Assembly: GCA_030536575.1 (NCBI GenBank)
Contig: JAUNPS010000026.1
Coordinates: 361-64,360, forward strand
Source: Eubacteriales bacterium
GTDB lineage: Bacteria; Bacillota; Clostridia; Lachnospirales; Lachnospiraceae
Length of the DNA stretch: 64,000 nt
Direction: 5' to 3'
The stretch's first letter is position 1; every line of letters starts with the position of its first letter. The position numbers and the translations under genes were made by a program. The notes beneath the pieces were generated by a model, which saw only the letters and a program-made list of their open reading frames with translations, did no database searches and was not told the DNA's origin. Below are positions 27,987 to 38,279 of the stretch, in pieces.

Positions 27987-30767
27987 TCAAGCTTTCGGCG
28001 TAGGAAGCTCCGACTCCTTGCGAATCCGAATCTCCAGAATCTCCAGCCCGTCGGCTCCATAATAGAGCCTGATAAAATGCACCAACCCGAAGACCCCGCC
28101 AAGCATCCGCTGCTCCCGCATAACCGCACCCTCTGTCCCCCGCGCGGCAATCTGCGCAGCCAGCCCATCATCAAAGAAAACCGAAACCGGAAGCTGGGCC
28201 AGCGGATTTAAGGCAGACCGGAACGTCAGCGTAATACTGTAAACGCCAAAACTGGCCACCCGGATACCAAACGCGTCCGTATTCCCGGCCTTGGGATTTA
28301 AGCAGGAGCCGTCCAGGACGATTTCGTCCGCGCCGTCCGCCTGGAAATAGCGCAGATCCGCCGGAGAAAAATCATTGTCCCCCTTGGCGTTCATCACCGC
28401 CAGCTCTTCCGGCGCAATGCGTCCGGTTTTATGAAGGATGGCCGGGCTTTTCAGAAGGAATCCAAGGATATTTTTGGCATTCCGCTGCAATTCCGCACGG
28501 GTGAGATAGCCCTTCTTTAACATTTTCGGCACGTCGCCCTTTTCCGCGTCGGATTCCGGCTTGGAGATGACCATATAAAGGTCATTCTGGGCGGCCAGCA
28601 TCGGCGCTTTTACAGCCCGGTCGGCTTTTTGCCCCTCATAATTGGACGCGGCCCACCAGTCCGTCATAACAATGCCGTCAAATCCCCATTCCCCGCGCAG
28701 AATCGTCGTGCACAGGTCATAGCTTCCCGCCGTCCAAAGGCCGTTCACAGAACCGTAGGAGGTCATGACGGAACGGGCCTTTCCTTCCCGGACAGCGATC
28801 TCGAAGCCTTTCAGATAGATTTCCCGCAGGGCGCGTTCGGAGATTTCCGAGTCGGCAGCCATCCGCGCGCTCTCCTGATTATTGCCGCAGAAATGCTTGA
28901 TCGTACTTCCGATTCCGGATTTTGCCATGCCGCGGATCTGGGCCGCGCAGATTTTTCCGGTCAGATGAGGATCTTCGGAAATATACTCGAAGTTCCGCCC
29001 GTTTAACGGGTGGCGGTGGATGTTCATGCCGGGGCCAAGCAGAGAATCGACTTTATTCAGGCGAAGCTCCTGGCCTTCCAGTTCGAACAGGGCTTCCACA
29101 AGCGGTACATTGAAGGTACAGCCTAAAGCGGTGCCGATCGGCAGGGAAAAGGCTTTTGTGCCGCAGGACATGCGGATGCCGGAGGGGCCGTCCGCCGTGC
29201 AGGCCGCCGGGATTCCGAAATCTTCCAGACGCTTTGTGACGCCGCCAAAGGCGGAAGCGGTTCCGGGCGTCACGCGCATGCTGCACATGCCCTCGCCAAA
29301 GGAGAGGTCAATGAGATCCTGGTCGGAAAGCTGCGCCACAAAGGTATCCATGGATATTTTCTGATCCAATACGTCGGCCAGCCGATGGCCCTGATCACCG
29401 GTGTAGGGAATTTCGGCCGGGTGGTTTTCGAGCAGGCGTTTGCGGGGATCGACGGTACGTACCGGGACGGTTTCCCAGCCGATGGCGTAGGTTCCGTCTG
29501 CATTTTCATGGGGCTTCATCCGTTCGAAATGCAGAGTTGGCGCGTAGGCTTCCGTAAGCGTTTCGAGTACGGTAAAGGCTTCGGAAAAGCTTCCGATGGA
29601 CTGCGCATTGCGTACACTATTCCCGGCAAAAAGCTCATAAAGGCCCTCTTCCAGAACATAACAGGATTTCCGGCCGGTTGCTCCGCTGTCGTCATAGGAA
29701 GCAAACGTATTTTTCGGAATGGTCAGTTCGAGCTGTTCCGATTCGCCCGGCTCAAGAAGCCGTGTTTTGGCAAAGCTGACGAGTTTCCGCGCCGGGTTCC
29801 CAAGCTTGCCCTGGGGCACTTTCACATAGAGTTGAACGACTTCTTTTCCGGAAACGGTTCCCGTATTGGTCACAGAAACTTCTGCCAGAAGTGTGTCTCC
29901 GGCAGATTCTTTCAGTCGGCCTGCTATAGAAAACGTGGTGTAGGACAGGCCGTAGCCGAAGGGGTACAGAACCTTTTCGGGCGCGAAGGTTTCAAAATAG
30001 CGGTAGCCTACATAGACGTCTTCCTGATAAAAATTCCGTTCCAAATCCCCGAAATTTTTGTCGGACGGATAGTCGGAAATTTTACGGGCAATGGTATCGG
30101 TGAGCTTTCCGCAGGGCGTTACCCGTCCGGTCAGCACATCGAGCACGCCGTTTCCGCCCTCCTGGCCGCCCTGCCACACATACAGGACTGCTTCGGGATG
30201 ATAGGCCTCCACCCAGCTCATGTCAAGGATGTTTCCGGTGTTCAGGAGCACAATGGTTCTTTTGGATGCCTGGCAGACTTTGGCAAGCAGTTCTTCTTCG
30301 ACAGCGGTCAGGCGATAGCTTCCCGGCGTGTCCGAACTGTCCTGGTCTTCCCCGGCGGTACGGCCGAGAATGAGAACCGACGCATCCGCTTCTTTGGCGC
30401 AGGCGAGCATTTCCTCCGTAACCGGCATTTCCTGCTGGAAACATGGAACCTTGCCCCAGCCTTTTCCGGCGTCGTAAGGATGGTCTTTCAGCCATTCTTC
30501 GTAGATTTCCAGAAGCCGATCATCCAGGGAAAGGTCTTCGCAGGCTTTCAGGGCGTCTAAAATGCTGACCACGTAGCGGGTATTGACCTGGCCGCCAGAG
30601 CCAAGGCCGCTTTTATAGTAGTTGAAGGCGGCGCGGCCGTAGACGGCGATCCGTTCGCCTTTTTTCAGGGGAAGCGCATTGCCTGCATTTTCCAGGAGTA
30701 CGCATCCTTCTGCCGCCGCCTGTCTGGCGAGAGCGGCGTAAGTTTCAAGGTTTAATTCGTAATTCAT
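27987..30767 (-). CDS. GH3 beta-glucosidase/xylosidase with permuted domain order (C-domain and Fn3 first, TIM-barrel second)
   Basis: N-half EGCVLLEN, GRTAGED, VYVGYRYF, PFGYGLSYT, GKEVVQLY; C-half ADGPSG, GPGMNIHR, EDP, IKHF..NNQE, VMTDWW nucleophile. Start MNYELNL at 30767 has RBS GGAGG. Confidence 0.9.
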   Translation of the reverse strand: MNYELNLETYAALARQAAAEGCVLLENAGNALPLKKGERIAVYGRAAFNYYKSGLGSGGQVNTRYVVSILDALKACEDLSLDDRLLEIYEEWLKDHPYDAGKGWGKVPCFQQEMPVTEEMLACAKEADASVLILGRTAGEDQDSSDTPGSYRLTAVEEELLAKVCQASKRTIVLLNTGNILDMSWVEAYHPEAVLYVWQGGQEGGNGVLDVLTGRVTPCGKLTDTIARKISDYPSDKNFGDLERNFYQEDVYVGYRYFETFAPEKVLYPFGYGLSYTTFSIAGRLKESAGDTLLAEVSVTNTGTVSGKEVVQLYVKVPQGKLGNPARKLVSFAKTRLLEPGESEQLELTIPKNTFASYDDSGATGRKSCYVLEEGLYELFAGNSVRNAQSIGSFSEAFTVLETLTEAYAPTLHFERMKPHENADGTYAIGWETVPVRTVDPRKRLLENHPAEIPYTGDQGHRLADVLDQKISMDTFVAQLSDQDLIDLSFGEGMCSMRVTPGTASAFGGVTKRLEDFGIPAACTADGPSGIRMSCGTKAFSLPIGTALGCTFNVPLVEALFELEGQELRLNKVDSLLGPGMNIHRHPLNGRNFEYISEDPHLTGKICAAQIRGMAKSGIGSTIKHFCGNNQESARMAADSEISERALREIYLKGFEIAVREGKARSVMTSYGSVNGLWTAGSYDLCTTILRGEWGFDGIVMTDWWAASNYEGQKADRAVKAPMLAAQNDLYMVISKPESDAEKGDVPKMLKKGYLTRAELQRNAKNILGFLLKSPAILHKTGRIAPEELAVMNAKGDNDFSPADLRYFQADGADEIVLDGSCLNPKAGNTDAFGIRVASFGVYSITLTFRSALNPLAQLPVSVFFDDGLAAQIAARGTEGAVMREQRMLGGVFGLVHFIRLYYGADGLEILEIRIRKESELPTPKA

Positions 30768-30786
30768 TTGAGTTTCCTCCATCATT

Positions 30787-32109
30787 TCAGCAAAATTCTT
30801 TAATGCCTGCACTATCCGCGTCGCAGGGTTCCCAGGTTTCCAGGCCGTCCCCATTGGGATTTCCGTATTTCATGAAATTCGTCCAGTAATCCAGCATTTC
30901 GCTGCTTAACCGGTAATCCCGCTCTTCCATGGGCCGCCAGCATCTTCCGAGGGTTCCGAACATGTACCAGAGTTCCGAAGAATGGAAGGCCCCGGAGTCA
31001 TCGCCCGGCAGATCCCGCGTAAAATAATAGACCCAGGTGGGACTGCTTCCCTGATGTTGCCGTTGTCCGGCCCATGCAATGCAGCCTTTGTACAGGGCGC
31101 TGAATTCGTTCTTCTCCTGCATTTCTTTTGTAACCATCAAATCGTCTTTCGTAGTACCCAGCATGAGCGGGATATCCGGGAGCATTCCCTGGGCAATGGC
31201 TTCGTCATAGCCGCAGTCCAGTACATAGCCGTCCTGAACGGGAACCAGGAATAATCCCTTCGACAGAGGGAACACTTTTTCAAAAAACGGCCCCATAAGT
31301 TCCAGGATACGTTCTGCGGGAAGGGCCCGCAGCTCGGAAAGGGAGGAAGCCCCGGCCAATTCGGCAAAGATTTCCCCGTAGGATTCCTGGGTGCGCAGGG
31401 GCATGTCCCGGCTCAGGCCGCCCTGATAAGCGCCGCCGCTTTGCAGAATAGCTTTTGCAATGTTTCCCTTCGCGAGCTTAGAAGTCAGGAGCGTCTGGGT
31501 ACTCATAGCGCCCGCACTCTGGCCGAATACCGTGATATTTTTCGGATCTCCGCCGAAAGCTGCGATATTTTCAGCGACCCAGTCAAGCGCGGCGATCTGA
31601 TCCAGGATGCCATAGTTTCCGGAGATGCCGCGTTCATTTTCCTGGCTGAGCCAGGGGTGGGCCAGGAACCCGAAGAGATTACAGCGGTATTCCACCGATA
31701 CGAGGATGACGCCCCGCTTTGCGTATTCCGCGCCGTCGAATTCCAGTTCTGTGGCATAGCCATGCAGGAATGCGCCGCCGTGAATCCAGAATGCTACCGG
31801 GAAAGGGTGCTCGCCGGGTTCTTTTGGCGTCCAGATATTCAGATACAGGCAGTCTTCGGAAGGAATCCGGTTAAAGTCCGGATTTTCGTAGAATTCTTTC
31901 CGATAGAGAGAGTCCTGCTGGGGCGGCTGCATGCAGCAGGGAGGATAGGTGTCGGCATGACGGACGCCTTCCCAGGGTTTCGGGGGCTGGGGGGCTTTCC
32001 AGCGGAGCTCGCCGATGGGCGGCTGGGCATATGGGACGCCGCGGTATTCCAGGTAAGAGCCGTGGTCGATGCCGGTGAGTTTTCCATAGGTCGTTTGAAT
32101 TGGGTTCAT
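30787..32109 (-). CDS. Type B carboxylesterase (para-nitrobenzyl esterase-like)
   Basis: GVPYAQPPIGELRW, SEDCLYLNIW, HGGAF, GQSAG nucleophile, FHSSEL. Confidence 0.93.
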   Translation of the reverse strand: MNPIQTTYGKLTGIDHGSYLEYRGVPYAQPPIGELRWKAPQPPKPWEGVRHADTYPPCCMQPPQQDSLYRKEFYENPDFNRIPSEDCLYLNIWTPKEPGEHPFPVAFWIHGGAFLHGYATELEFDGAEYAKRGVILVSVEYRCNLFGFLAHPWLSQENERGISGNYGILDQIAALDWVAENIAAFGGDPKNITVFGQSAGAMSTQTLLTSKLAKGNIAKAILQSGGAYQGGLSRDMPLRTQESYGEIFAELAGASSLSELRALPAERILELMGPFFEKVFPLSKGLFLVPVQDGYVLDCGYDEAIAQGMLPDIPLMLGTTKDDLMVTKEMQEKNEFSALYKGCIAWAGQRQHQGSSPTWVYYFTRDLPGDDSGAFHSSELWYMFGTLGRCWRPMEERDYRLSSEMLDYWTNFMKYGNPNGDGLETWEPCDADSAGIKEFC

Positions 32110-32123
32110 GTTCTGTTCCTCCT

Positions 32124-33029
32124 TTAGCCTTTGATCGAACCGACCATAACGCCGGATTCAAAATATTTCATAACAAACGGGTACACGATAATGATCGGTG
32201 CGCTGGATACAATGATGGTACAATATTTGACAAGCTGCTTGTAGACATCCATATTTGCGGTGGCATTTGCGGCCGAGGTAGCAGCGGCGGCTGTAGAGGT
32301 CGTATCATTGATGATCAGGATTTCCCGGAGGACGAGCTGCAGGGGATAGAGTTCCCGGTCCTGCAGATACATGGATGCCTGGAACCATTCATTCCAGTGG
32401 CCGATGATATAGTAAAGAGCGACGGTTGCCACGGTAGCTTTTACCAGTGGGAGAAGTACCTGGAAGATGACGACCAGATCCCCGGCCCCGTCCAGGCGCG
32501 CGGACTCCTCCAACTCCTTCGGAACGGCGGAAAAGCCTGTCCGCATAAGAATCAGATTAAAGGTGGATACACAGGAAGGCAGGATTACAGCCCAGCGCGT
32601 ATTCAAAAGATGCAGCTTCTGCATAACGATGTAAGAGGGCACGATACCGCCGGAAAAGAGCATGGTAAAGGAAATCAGGAGCATAATCGTATTTCCCCAC
32701 AGGAGGTCTCTCCGGGAAAGGACGTAAGCGCCGATGACGGTGATCAGCAGTCCGAGGACAGTAGAAGCGCCTACGTAAAGAAAGGTGTTCAGGTATCCGC
32801 GGATGAGCTGCGCATTGGAAAAGACCAGCCGGTAGCCTTCCAGGTTAAAGCCTTTTGGCCACAGGATCAGGCCGGACTTGGTATTCAGCCAATTCGGATC
32901 GCTGAAGGAAGCGAAGAGTACGTGGAGCATTGGCAGCAGGCAGATGATGGCGAAAAGGGTTAAAATTATATAATTGACGATATTGAATGCGGTTCTTGCT
33001 TTGCTTGTTTTGATTTTTGTATTGCGCAT
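32124..33029 (-). CDS. Carbohydrate ABC transporter permease
   Basis: EAA motif ELEESARLDGA; FSGGIVP; YPFVMKYF. Confidence 0.92.
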   Translation of the reverse strand: MRNTKIKTSKARTAFNIVNYIILTLFAIICLLPMLHVLFASFSDPNWLNTKSGLILWPKGFNLEGYRLVFSNAQLIRGYLNTFLYVGASTVLGLLITVIGAYVLSRRDLLWGNTIMLLISFTMLFSGGIVPSYIVMQKLHLLNTRWAVILPSCVSTFNLILMRTGFSAVPKELEESARLDGAGDLVVIFQVLLPLVKATVATVALYYIIGHWNEWFQASMYLQDRELYPLQLVLREILIINDTTSTAAAATSAANATANMDVYKQLVKYCTIIVSSAPIIIVYPFVMKYFESGVMVGSIKG

Positions 33030-33041
33030 GGCTTTCTCCTC

Positions 33042-33980
33042 CTAGAACAGGCTGGTTTCAGTATACTTTTTGCTGATTTTGTTTGTAATCGTCAAAAGAG
33101 CCAGATTAATGACGGAGTTAAACAGGCCCACCGCTGTGGAAAAGCTGTAGTCCCCGTCCAGGAGACCCTTCCGGTACACATAACTTGCGATAATATCCGC
33201 GGTTTCGTAGATCTGGGAATTGTACATCAGGATCGTCTTTTCGTAGCTCGATGCCATCAGCATTCCTACCTGGAGGATTAAGGTGATCACGATCGTAGGA
33301 CGGATGCCCGGAAGCGTCACATGCCACATCTGTTTTAAATAGCCCGCACCGTCGATCTGGGCGGCTTCATAAAGCGTCTGATCCACGCCAGAGAGAGCGG
33401 CGATATAGAGAATTGTACCAAAACCAAGGCCCTGCCACAAGCCGGAACCGATGTAAATCGTCCGCCAATAGCCTGCCACGCCGAGAAGATTCTGGGTCTT
33501 TCCGGTAATGGCTGTCATCAGGGTTCCCAAAAGCCCGGTGGATTTACAGAAGTCCACGACGATTCCGCAGACCACCACCATGGAAATGAAATAGGGCAGA
33601 TAGCTGATCGTCTGAACGGTCTTTTTAAAGAGTTTGTTTCCCACTTCGTTGATCAGCAGCGCGACAAGGATCGTAAGAGGGAAGGAAATCAGAAGATTCA
33701 GGCCGTTTAAGATAATCGTATTTTTGAGCAGGCGTCCGAAATAAAAGGACTGGAAGAAGTCCGTGAAATTCTGAAATCCCACAAACCGGTTTACCAGGCT
33801 CCCGAAGATCCCAAGCTTTGGCTTATAGTCGCAGAAAGCCATGACGATTCCGCCCATTGGCAGATAGCTGAATACGATAAAATAGAGAATCAGAGGAAGG
33901 AGCAAAAGATAGCGCTTTTTGTTCTTCCTCCAGTCTTTTACGATTGCGGTTCTCGTAAATTTTTTTTGTTTTGTTCCCAT
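33042..33980 (-). CDS. Carbohydrate ABC transporter permease (LplB-like)
   Basis: LYEAAQIDGA EAA motif; YSFSTAVGLFNSVIN. Confidence 0.92.
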   Translation of the reverse strand: MGTKQKKFTRTAIVKDWRKNKKRYLLLLPLILYFIVFSYLPMGGIVMAFCDYKPKLGIFGSLVNRFVGFQNFTDFFQSFYFGRLLKNTIILNGLNLLISFPLTILVALLINEVGNKLFKKTVQTISYLPYFISMVVVCGIVVDFCKSTGLLGTLMTAITGKTQNLLGVAGYWRTIYIGSGLWQGLGFGTILYIAALSGVDQTLYEAAQIDGAGYLKQMWHVTLPGIRPTIVITLILQVGMLMASSYEKTILMYNSQIYETADIIASYVYRKGLLDGDYSFSTAVGLFNSVINLALLTITNKISKKYTETSLF

Positions 33981-34107
33981 GTTTACCTCTCCTTTTCCGT
34001 TTTTCTGCTATTTTACCGGTCAGGAGAGGGAGGGGAAAGATTCAGAATTTCAGGTTGTCTCCGAAATTTGCGGTTTGGGACGCCCTTTTTTTGATATCGC
34101 GGCCCAT

Positions 34108-36360
34108 TTATTGTCCTTTATGGAGTTCCTTATACTTTCCAGGCGTGATTCCTTCATATCGTTTGAAGGCTCTCGTCAGCGCTTTGGCATCCAGATAGCC
34201 CACAGATACGGCCGCTTCGGTTACATTTTTCCCGTTCAAAAGCTGGTGCTTGGATTCTTCCACCCGCAGAAACTGGATATATTCCAGGACACCCTTTCCC
34301 GTACAGCTTTTAAAGGTTCTGCTCAGGTGGGGGACGCTGATCCAGAATTTTTCCGCTACGGCCCCTACGGTCAGGTTCGGGTCCCGGAAATTTTCCTGCA
34401 AATAGCGCAGAACGCCGGAAAGCCATCCGGGTTCGTCCGGTTTTTCCTTCCGGGAATTCTGGTCAATGATCTTCGCAAAAAGTTCTTTGCTCACGGACAT
34501 CAGTTCCTCGACGCTTCCGGCATTCAGCAGAAGCTCTTCATAGGACGGGCTTTCCGGGGATTCCTGCGCGGTTTTGTCCCCCTGCGTTCCAATGGATGTG
34601 GTGAGCATAGCGGCAAGGCCGTACATCCGGTATTGGTTGTATTTCAGATACTTGCGCTCCCTGGAAAAGGTTTTGCTGAAAATGTAATCCAATGTTTCGT
34701 AGGCTTCCATGTATTCCCCGGCGTCCAGAAAATTTAGAAGCTTTCGGGATGCGTTGGTATAGTCCTCCAGGCTTGTGGACGGCCAATTGGCGGATTCCGG
34801 CTTCTGTATCCACAGACGGCCGCGGGAAGCGTCGTCCATCCAGAAAATGCGGTATTTCATTTCATCCTGGAGGGTTTCCCATACGGAGGCTGTTGCTTCA
34901 AACCCGGTAATCGGTTCTCCGACGACCACATGGATGCCAATGTGGAGGGTGCTGCCATAAAAATCCATCAAATACTGTAGTTTTTCGAGAATCCGCTCGG
35001 AATCCTCGTCGCTTTTCTGTTCAATGCAAAGAAGGTATCGCTCATTCTGCCAGAAAATATTTCCGTGGTATTCGGTAAAAAAGAGTTCGTCTGCAATGTT
35101 TTTCAGTACGAAAGAACGAAGATCCAGCCCATCCTGGGTGATTTGGGGAGAGGCGCCGTCAAGGGACGCTTTCTGTTCGACAGGGATATCGACTACGGCC
35201 ATAACCCAGGTACGATCTTCGCGGATTCCGGTGAGCTTTGTCATGATCTTGGAAATGAGCTTTGTTTCGGTTACTTCGCCGCTTAGGACCTGGTTGATCT
35301 GATGATTATCCAGGAAAATTTGGGAGGTTTTGGCTGTTTTGCGTAAATTCCGCAGTTTGTCCGAAAGCATTGCATACGTTTCCTGGTATTTTAAATCCGT
35401 TTGCGCATCCAGAAGCTTTAGAAGGTCTTCCAGGGGTTGATAAAGCCGTTTGGTGGCGCGCCAGGAAAGGAAAAGCATCAAAAAGACACAGCCGATGACT
35501 TCCCCGGCCAGTACATACCAAAAAATCCGCAGGCCTTGCATAAGCGGCTCTTTTGAGAGGCCGACAAAACATTCCCAGCCCATACTGCTGATTTTGGTGG
35601 GGACAAAAAAGTAGCCATCCTTTTCAAAATAGGTATCCGTGGCGCTTCCAAGTTCCGGAAAATCGGCAAGATGCTCTTCCGGAATGTTATCGGAAAAAAG
35701 CGTCTGTTCTCCGGCCAGGATAGCCAGGGCGCTTCCTTCCAGTTTGGAGACCGCGAAGTCCCGGATGTTGGCTTCCATGATCAGGATCGCTTTCTTCTCA
35801 TAATAGCTGTCAAAGACCGGGCTCATGAGCCAGACTTTTCCATTTCCGAGGATGGAGACCGCGGAACGTCCGCGGAAATCGATGATTTCCTGAAATTCTT
35901 TTTCCGTCATACCGTAGCTTTTATAAAAAAGTTCCATCATGGAAGTATTGTATCGTCTTTCCTGGGCAAGCAGGATTGAATCACTCTCGAAAAAGTAAAG
36001 CAGTGTGGAAACGCGGGAATCATCCTTTGTGGCTTCGATGATTTCAGAACGCAGTTTGTTGATGACAGGGACGTTTTTTGATAATTCTTCATCGGTATAG
36101 TCAAGCGTTTCCTGGACAACGTGGTTTGTGGTGAGCATAGACAGGGAGGACTGAATTCCCTGGAAACCGTTTTCGATCTCCGATGCGGTCTGGACGGCCT
36201 GCTGCCGGGTGATCGTCACCATTTGCTTTTTTAAAAGCCGATAGTAGTTCCCGTATCCGATTCCGGTCGCACAAAGCAGGATCAGGCAAATTGCCAGATA
36301 GGAAAGAAAAATAGTGGTAAATGCCGGTGAAATACGTCCTTTCTTTTTCAAATGATTCAA
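34108..36360 (-). CDS. Membrane-anchored 750-aa AraC family regulator (two TM helices, extracellular sensor region, C-terminal HTH)
   Basis: TM at N-terminus and near residue 290; C-terminal YLQENFRDPNL...VGYLDAKALTRAFKRYEGITPGKY. Confidence 0.85.
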   Translation of the reverse strand: MNHLKKKGRISPAFTTIFLSYLAICLILLCATGIGYGNYYRLLKKQMVTITRQQAVQTASEIENGFQGIQSSLSMLTTNHVVQETLDYTDEELSKNVPVINKLRSEIIEATKDDSRVSTLLYFFESDSILLAQERRYNTSMMELFYKSYGMTEKEFQEIIDFRGRSAVSILGNGKVWLMSPVFDSYYEKKAILIMEANIRDFAVSKLEGSALAILAGEQTLFSDNIPEEHLADFPELGSATDTYFEKDGYFFVPTKISSMGWECFVGLSKEPLMQGLRIFWYVLAGEVIGCVFLMLFLSWRATKRLYQPLEDLLKLLDAQTDLKYQETYAMLSDKLRNLRKTAKTSQIFLDNHQINQVLSGEVTETKLISKIMTKLTGIREDRTWVMAVVDIPVEQKASLDGASPQITQDGLDLRSFVLKNIADELFFTEYHGNIFWQNERYLLCIEQKSDEDSERILEKLQYLMDFYGSTLHIGIHVVVGEPITGFEATASVWETLQDEMKYRIFWMDDASRGRLWIQKPESANWPSTSLEDYTNASRKLLNFLDAGEYMEAYETLDYIFSKTFSRERKYLKYNQYRMYGLAAMLTTSIGTQGDKTAQESPESPSYEELLLNAGSVEELMSVSKELFAKIIDQNSRKEKPDEPGWLSGVLRYLQENFRDPNLTVGAVAEKFWISVPHLSRTFKSCTGKGVLEYIQFLRVEESKHQLLNGKNVTEAAVSVGYLDAKALTRAFKRYEGITPGKYKELHKGQ

Positions 36361-36521
36361 CCTCCGAACTCTTTATTCTTTTCTTATTTTAACATAAAAT
36401 ATTATTACGTTCTATCCTGAATCGGCATGGAAAATCAATTCATTGCCCTGTATATCAAAATTTGGCCCACCCGTTTTCCGCAGAAAAATCAAAAAAGAAC
36501 GGCTTTTTAAAATATCCGGCC

Positions 36522-36550
36522 TTGAGCGGCCAAAGCTCCCACCCTATAAT
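36522..36550 (+). promoter_or_regulatory. Sigma70 promoter of the solute-binding protein gene
   Basis: TTGAGC-17-TATAAT. Confidence 0.6.
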
Positions 36551-36581
36551 CAAGGCATCACAGGAAAGGAAGGTATTTCGT

Positions 36582-38171
36582 ATGAAAAACAAACGGTATC
36601 TCACAATCGCGCTGACGGCAGCACTTATGGCAGGAACGCTTCCAGGATCTGCGGCCCTTGCAGCGGAGGAGGGCGGATTCACAGAGGTTTCCCTCCCGCT
36701 GACGGAGGAGAAGGAAACGCTGACGGTCTGGGTAAAAAATGATGTTACATTGATGAACGCCTGCGGCGGCGACCTGAACAATACGCCCTTTTTCCAGGAG
36801 CTGGAGGAGCGGACGAATGTTCATATTGAATGGATCGTCCCGGCCTCCGGAACGGAACAGGAACAGTTTAACCTGCTGATGAGCTCCGGAAAGCTCCCGG
36901 ATATTATGTATACGTATCCAAATCAGGTATACTATCCGGACGGCCTGGATGCGGCGGTTGAAGACGGCTATTTTCTGGATCTGACGGATCTGCTTCCACA
37001 ATATGCCCCGAATTATCTGGCGGCCATAGAAAAAAGCGACGAAGATACGAAGCAGGGCGTGAAAACGGACGCGGGAAGAAGCGTGCTGATGTACTCGGTC
37101 ATGCAGGAAGAGCAGCCGACGTTTTACGGTTATGTTGTCAGACAGGACTGGCTTGACGAGCTTGGGCTTTCTGTACCGGTCACTTATGACGATTGGGAAG
37201 AAATGCTGACGCAGTTTAAGGAAACGTATAATGCAGCGGCTCCCCTTTCGATCAATTCGAGATTTTTCTGGAATCTGGGCATTGGGATGGGCGCTTACGC
37301 ACCGAACGATTTTTATCAGGAAGACGGGGTTGTACATAATGCGCTCCTGGATGATACGGAGGCTGTGCGGGAATTCCTGACTTTGATGAACCGATGGTAT
37401 CAGAATGGATTGATCGATCCGGACTTTGCTTCCAGCACCGCGTTCTGGGGAGATTCTGTCCTGGTGACCAATAATAATACCGGCGCGTTCCTTACAATGT
37501 ATACGTTTCCGTCCGCGATTTTCCTGCCGTCTATGGAGGAGGGCGCTTCCTTTACTGCTGTAAAAACTCCGGTGAAAGAAGAGGGAGATACGTTGGAGTA
37601 TGGCACGCCTGTACCGTCTACGACGTCGGCCTATGCGGTTACGACGGACTGTGAAAATCCGGAGCTTGCCGTTTCCTGGATTGACTATCTGTTTTCAGAG
37701 GAAGGCGCAATGCTGGCAAATTACGGAGTGGAAGGGGAAACCTATACGCTGGATGCGGACGGAACTCCTGTCTTTACGGAGACGATTACGGCAAATCCGG
37801 ATGGACTGACCTATGACGAGGCAATGCGTACTTATCTGATGGCGCCCTCTTTCCCGGTAAGCTACTATGACTGGAAGAGAGAACTTCAGTTCATTTCGGA
37901 GGATGATTTTAATATGTGCTATATCTGGGATGATGTGAACCATGAGAAATATTATTCCAGCTATGCCGCGATGACCGTAGAAGAAAATGCGGAATATTCG
38001 AATCTGTTTGCGGATATCGACACCTATATTTCGGAAAATGCGCTTTCCTTTATCACCGGTGCGAAGAGCCTTGACGAATTTGACAGCTTTATCGAGACGG
38101 TAAAGGGAATGGGCCTGCCGCGCTGTGTGGAACTGAAGCAGGCAGCTCTGGACCGCTATAACGCAAGATAA
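36582..38171 (+). CDS. Extracellular solute-binding protein (family 1, oligosaccharide ABC)
   Basis: ELEERTNVHIEW, EQFNLLMSSGKLPDI, VRQDWLDELGL, NGLIDPDF; RBS AAGGAAGG before ATG 36582. Confidence 0.9.
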   Translation: MKNKRYLTIALTAALMAGTLPGSAALAAEEGGFTEVSLPLTEEKETLTVWVKNDVTLMNACGGDLNNTPFFQELEERTNVHIEWIVPASGTEQEQFNLLMSSGKLPDIMYTYPNQVYYPDGLDAAVEDGYFLDLTDLLPQYAPNYLAAIEKSDEDTKQGVKTDAGRSVLMYSVMQEEQPTFYGYVVRQDWLDELGLSVPVTYDDWEEMLTQFKETYNAAAPLSINSRFFWNLGIGMGAYAPNDFYQEDGVVHNALLDDTEAVREFLTLMNRWYQNGLIDPDFASSTAFWGDSVLVTNNNTGAFLTMYTFPSAIFLPSMEEGASFTAVKTPVKEEGDTLEYGTPVPSTTSAYAVTTDCENPELAVSWIDYLFSEEGAMLANYGVEGETYTLDADGTPVFTETITANPDGLTYDEAMRTYLMAPSFPVSYYDWKRELQFISEDDFNMCYIWDDVNHEKYYSSYAAMTVEENAEYSNLFADIDTYISENALSFITGAKSLDEFDSFIETVKGMGLPRCVELKQAALDRYNAR

Positions 38172-38279
38172 GCTCCACCTTTTCTTTTTTCGAAAAACGT
38201 GCTATGATACCTCTGAAAAAGAAAGAACCGCCGCCCGTAGTCAGGCCCGGCGGTTCGGAGCATGACAGGAGGTTTTCAT

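Noticed and set aside
34030-36520. Shared AraC binding motif (ATATCAAAA..CCGCA) upstream of the permease and SBP promoters
   Set aside because: Spacing differs (15 vs 17 nt) and so does the distance to the -10 boxes; probably chance.
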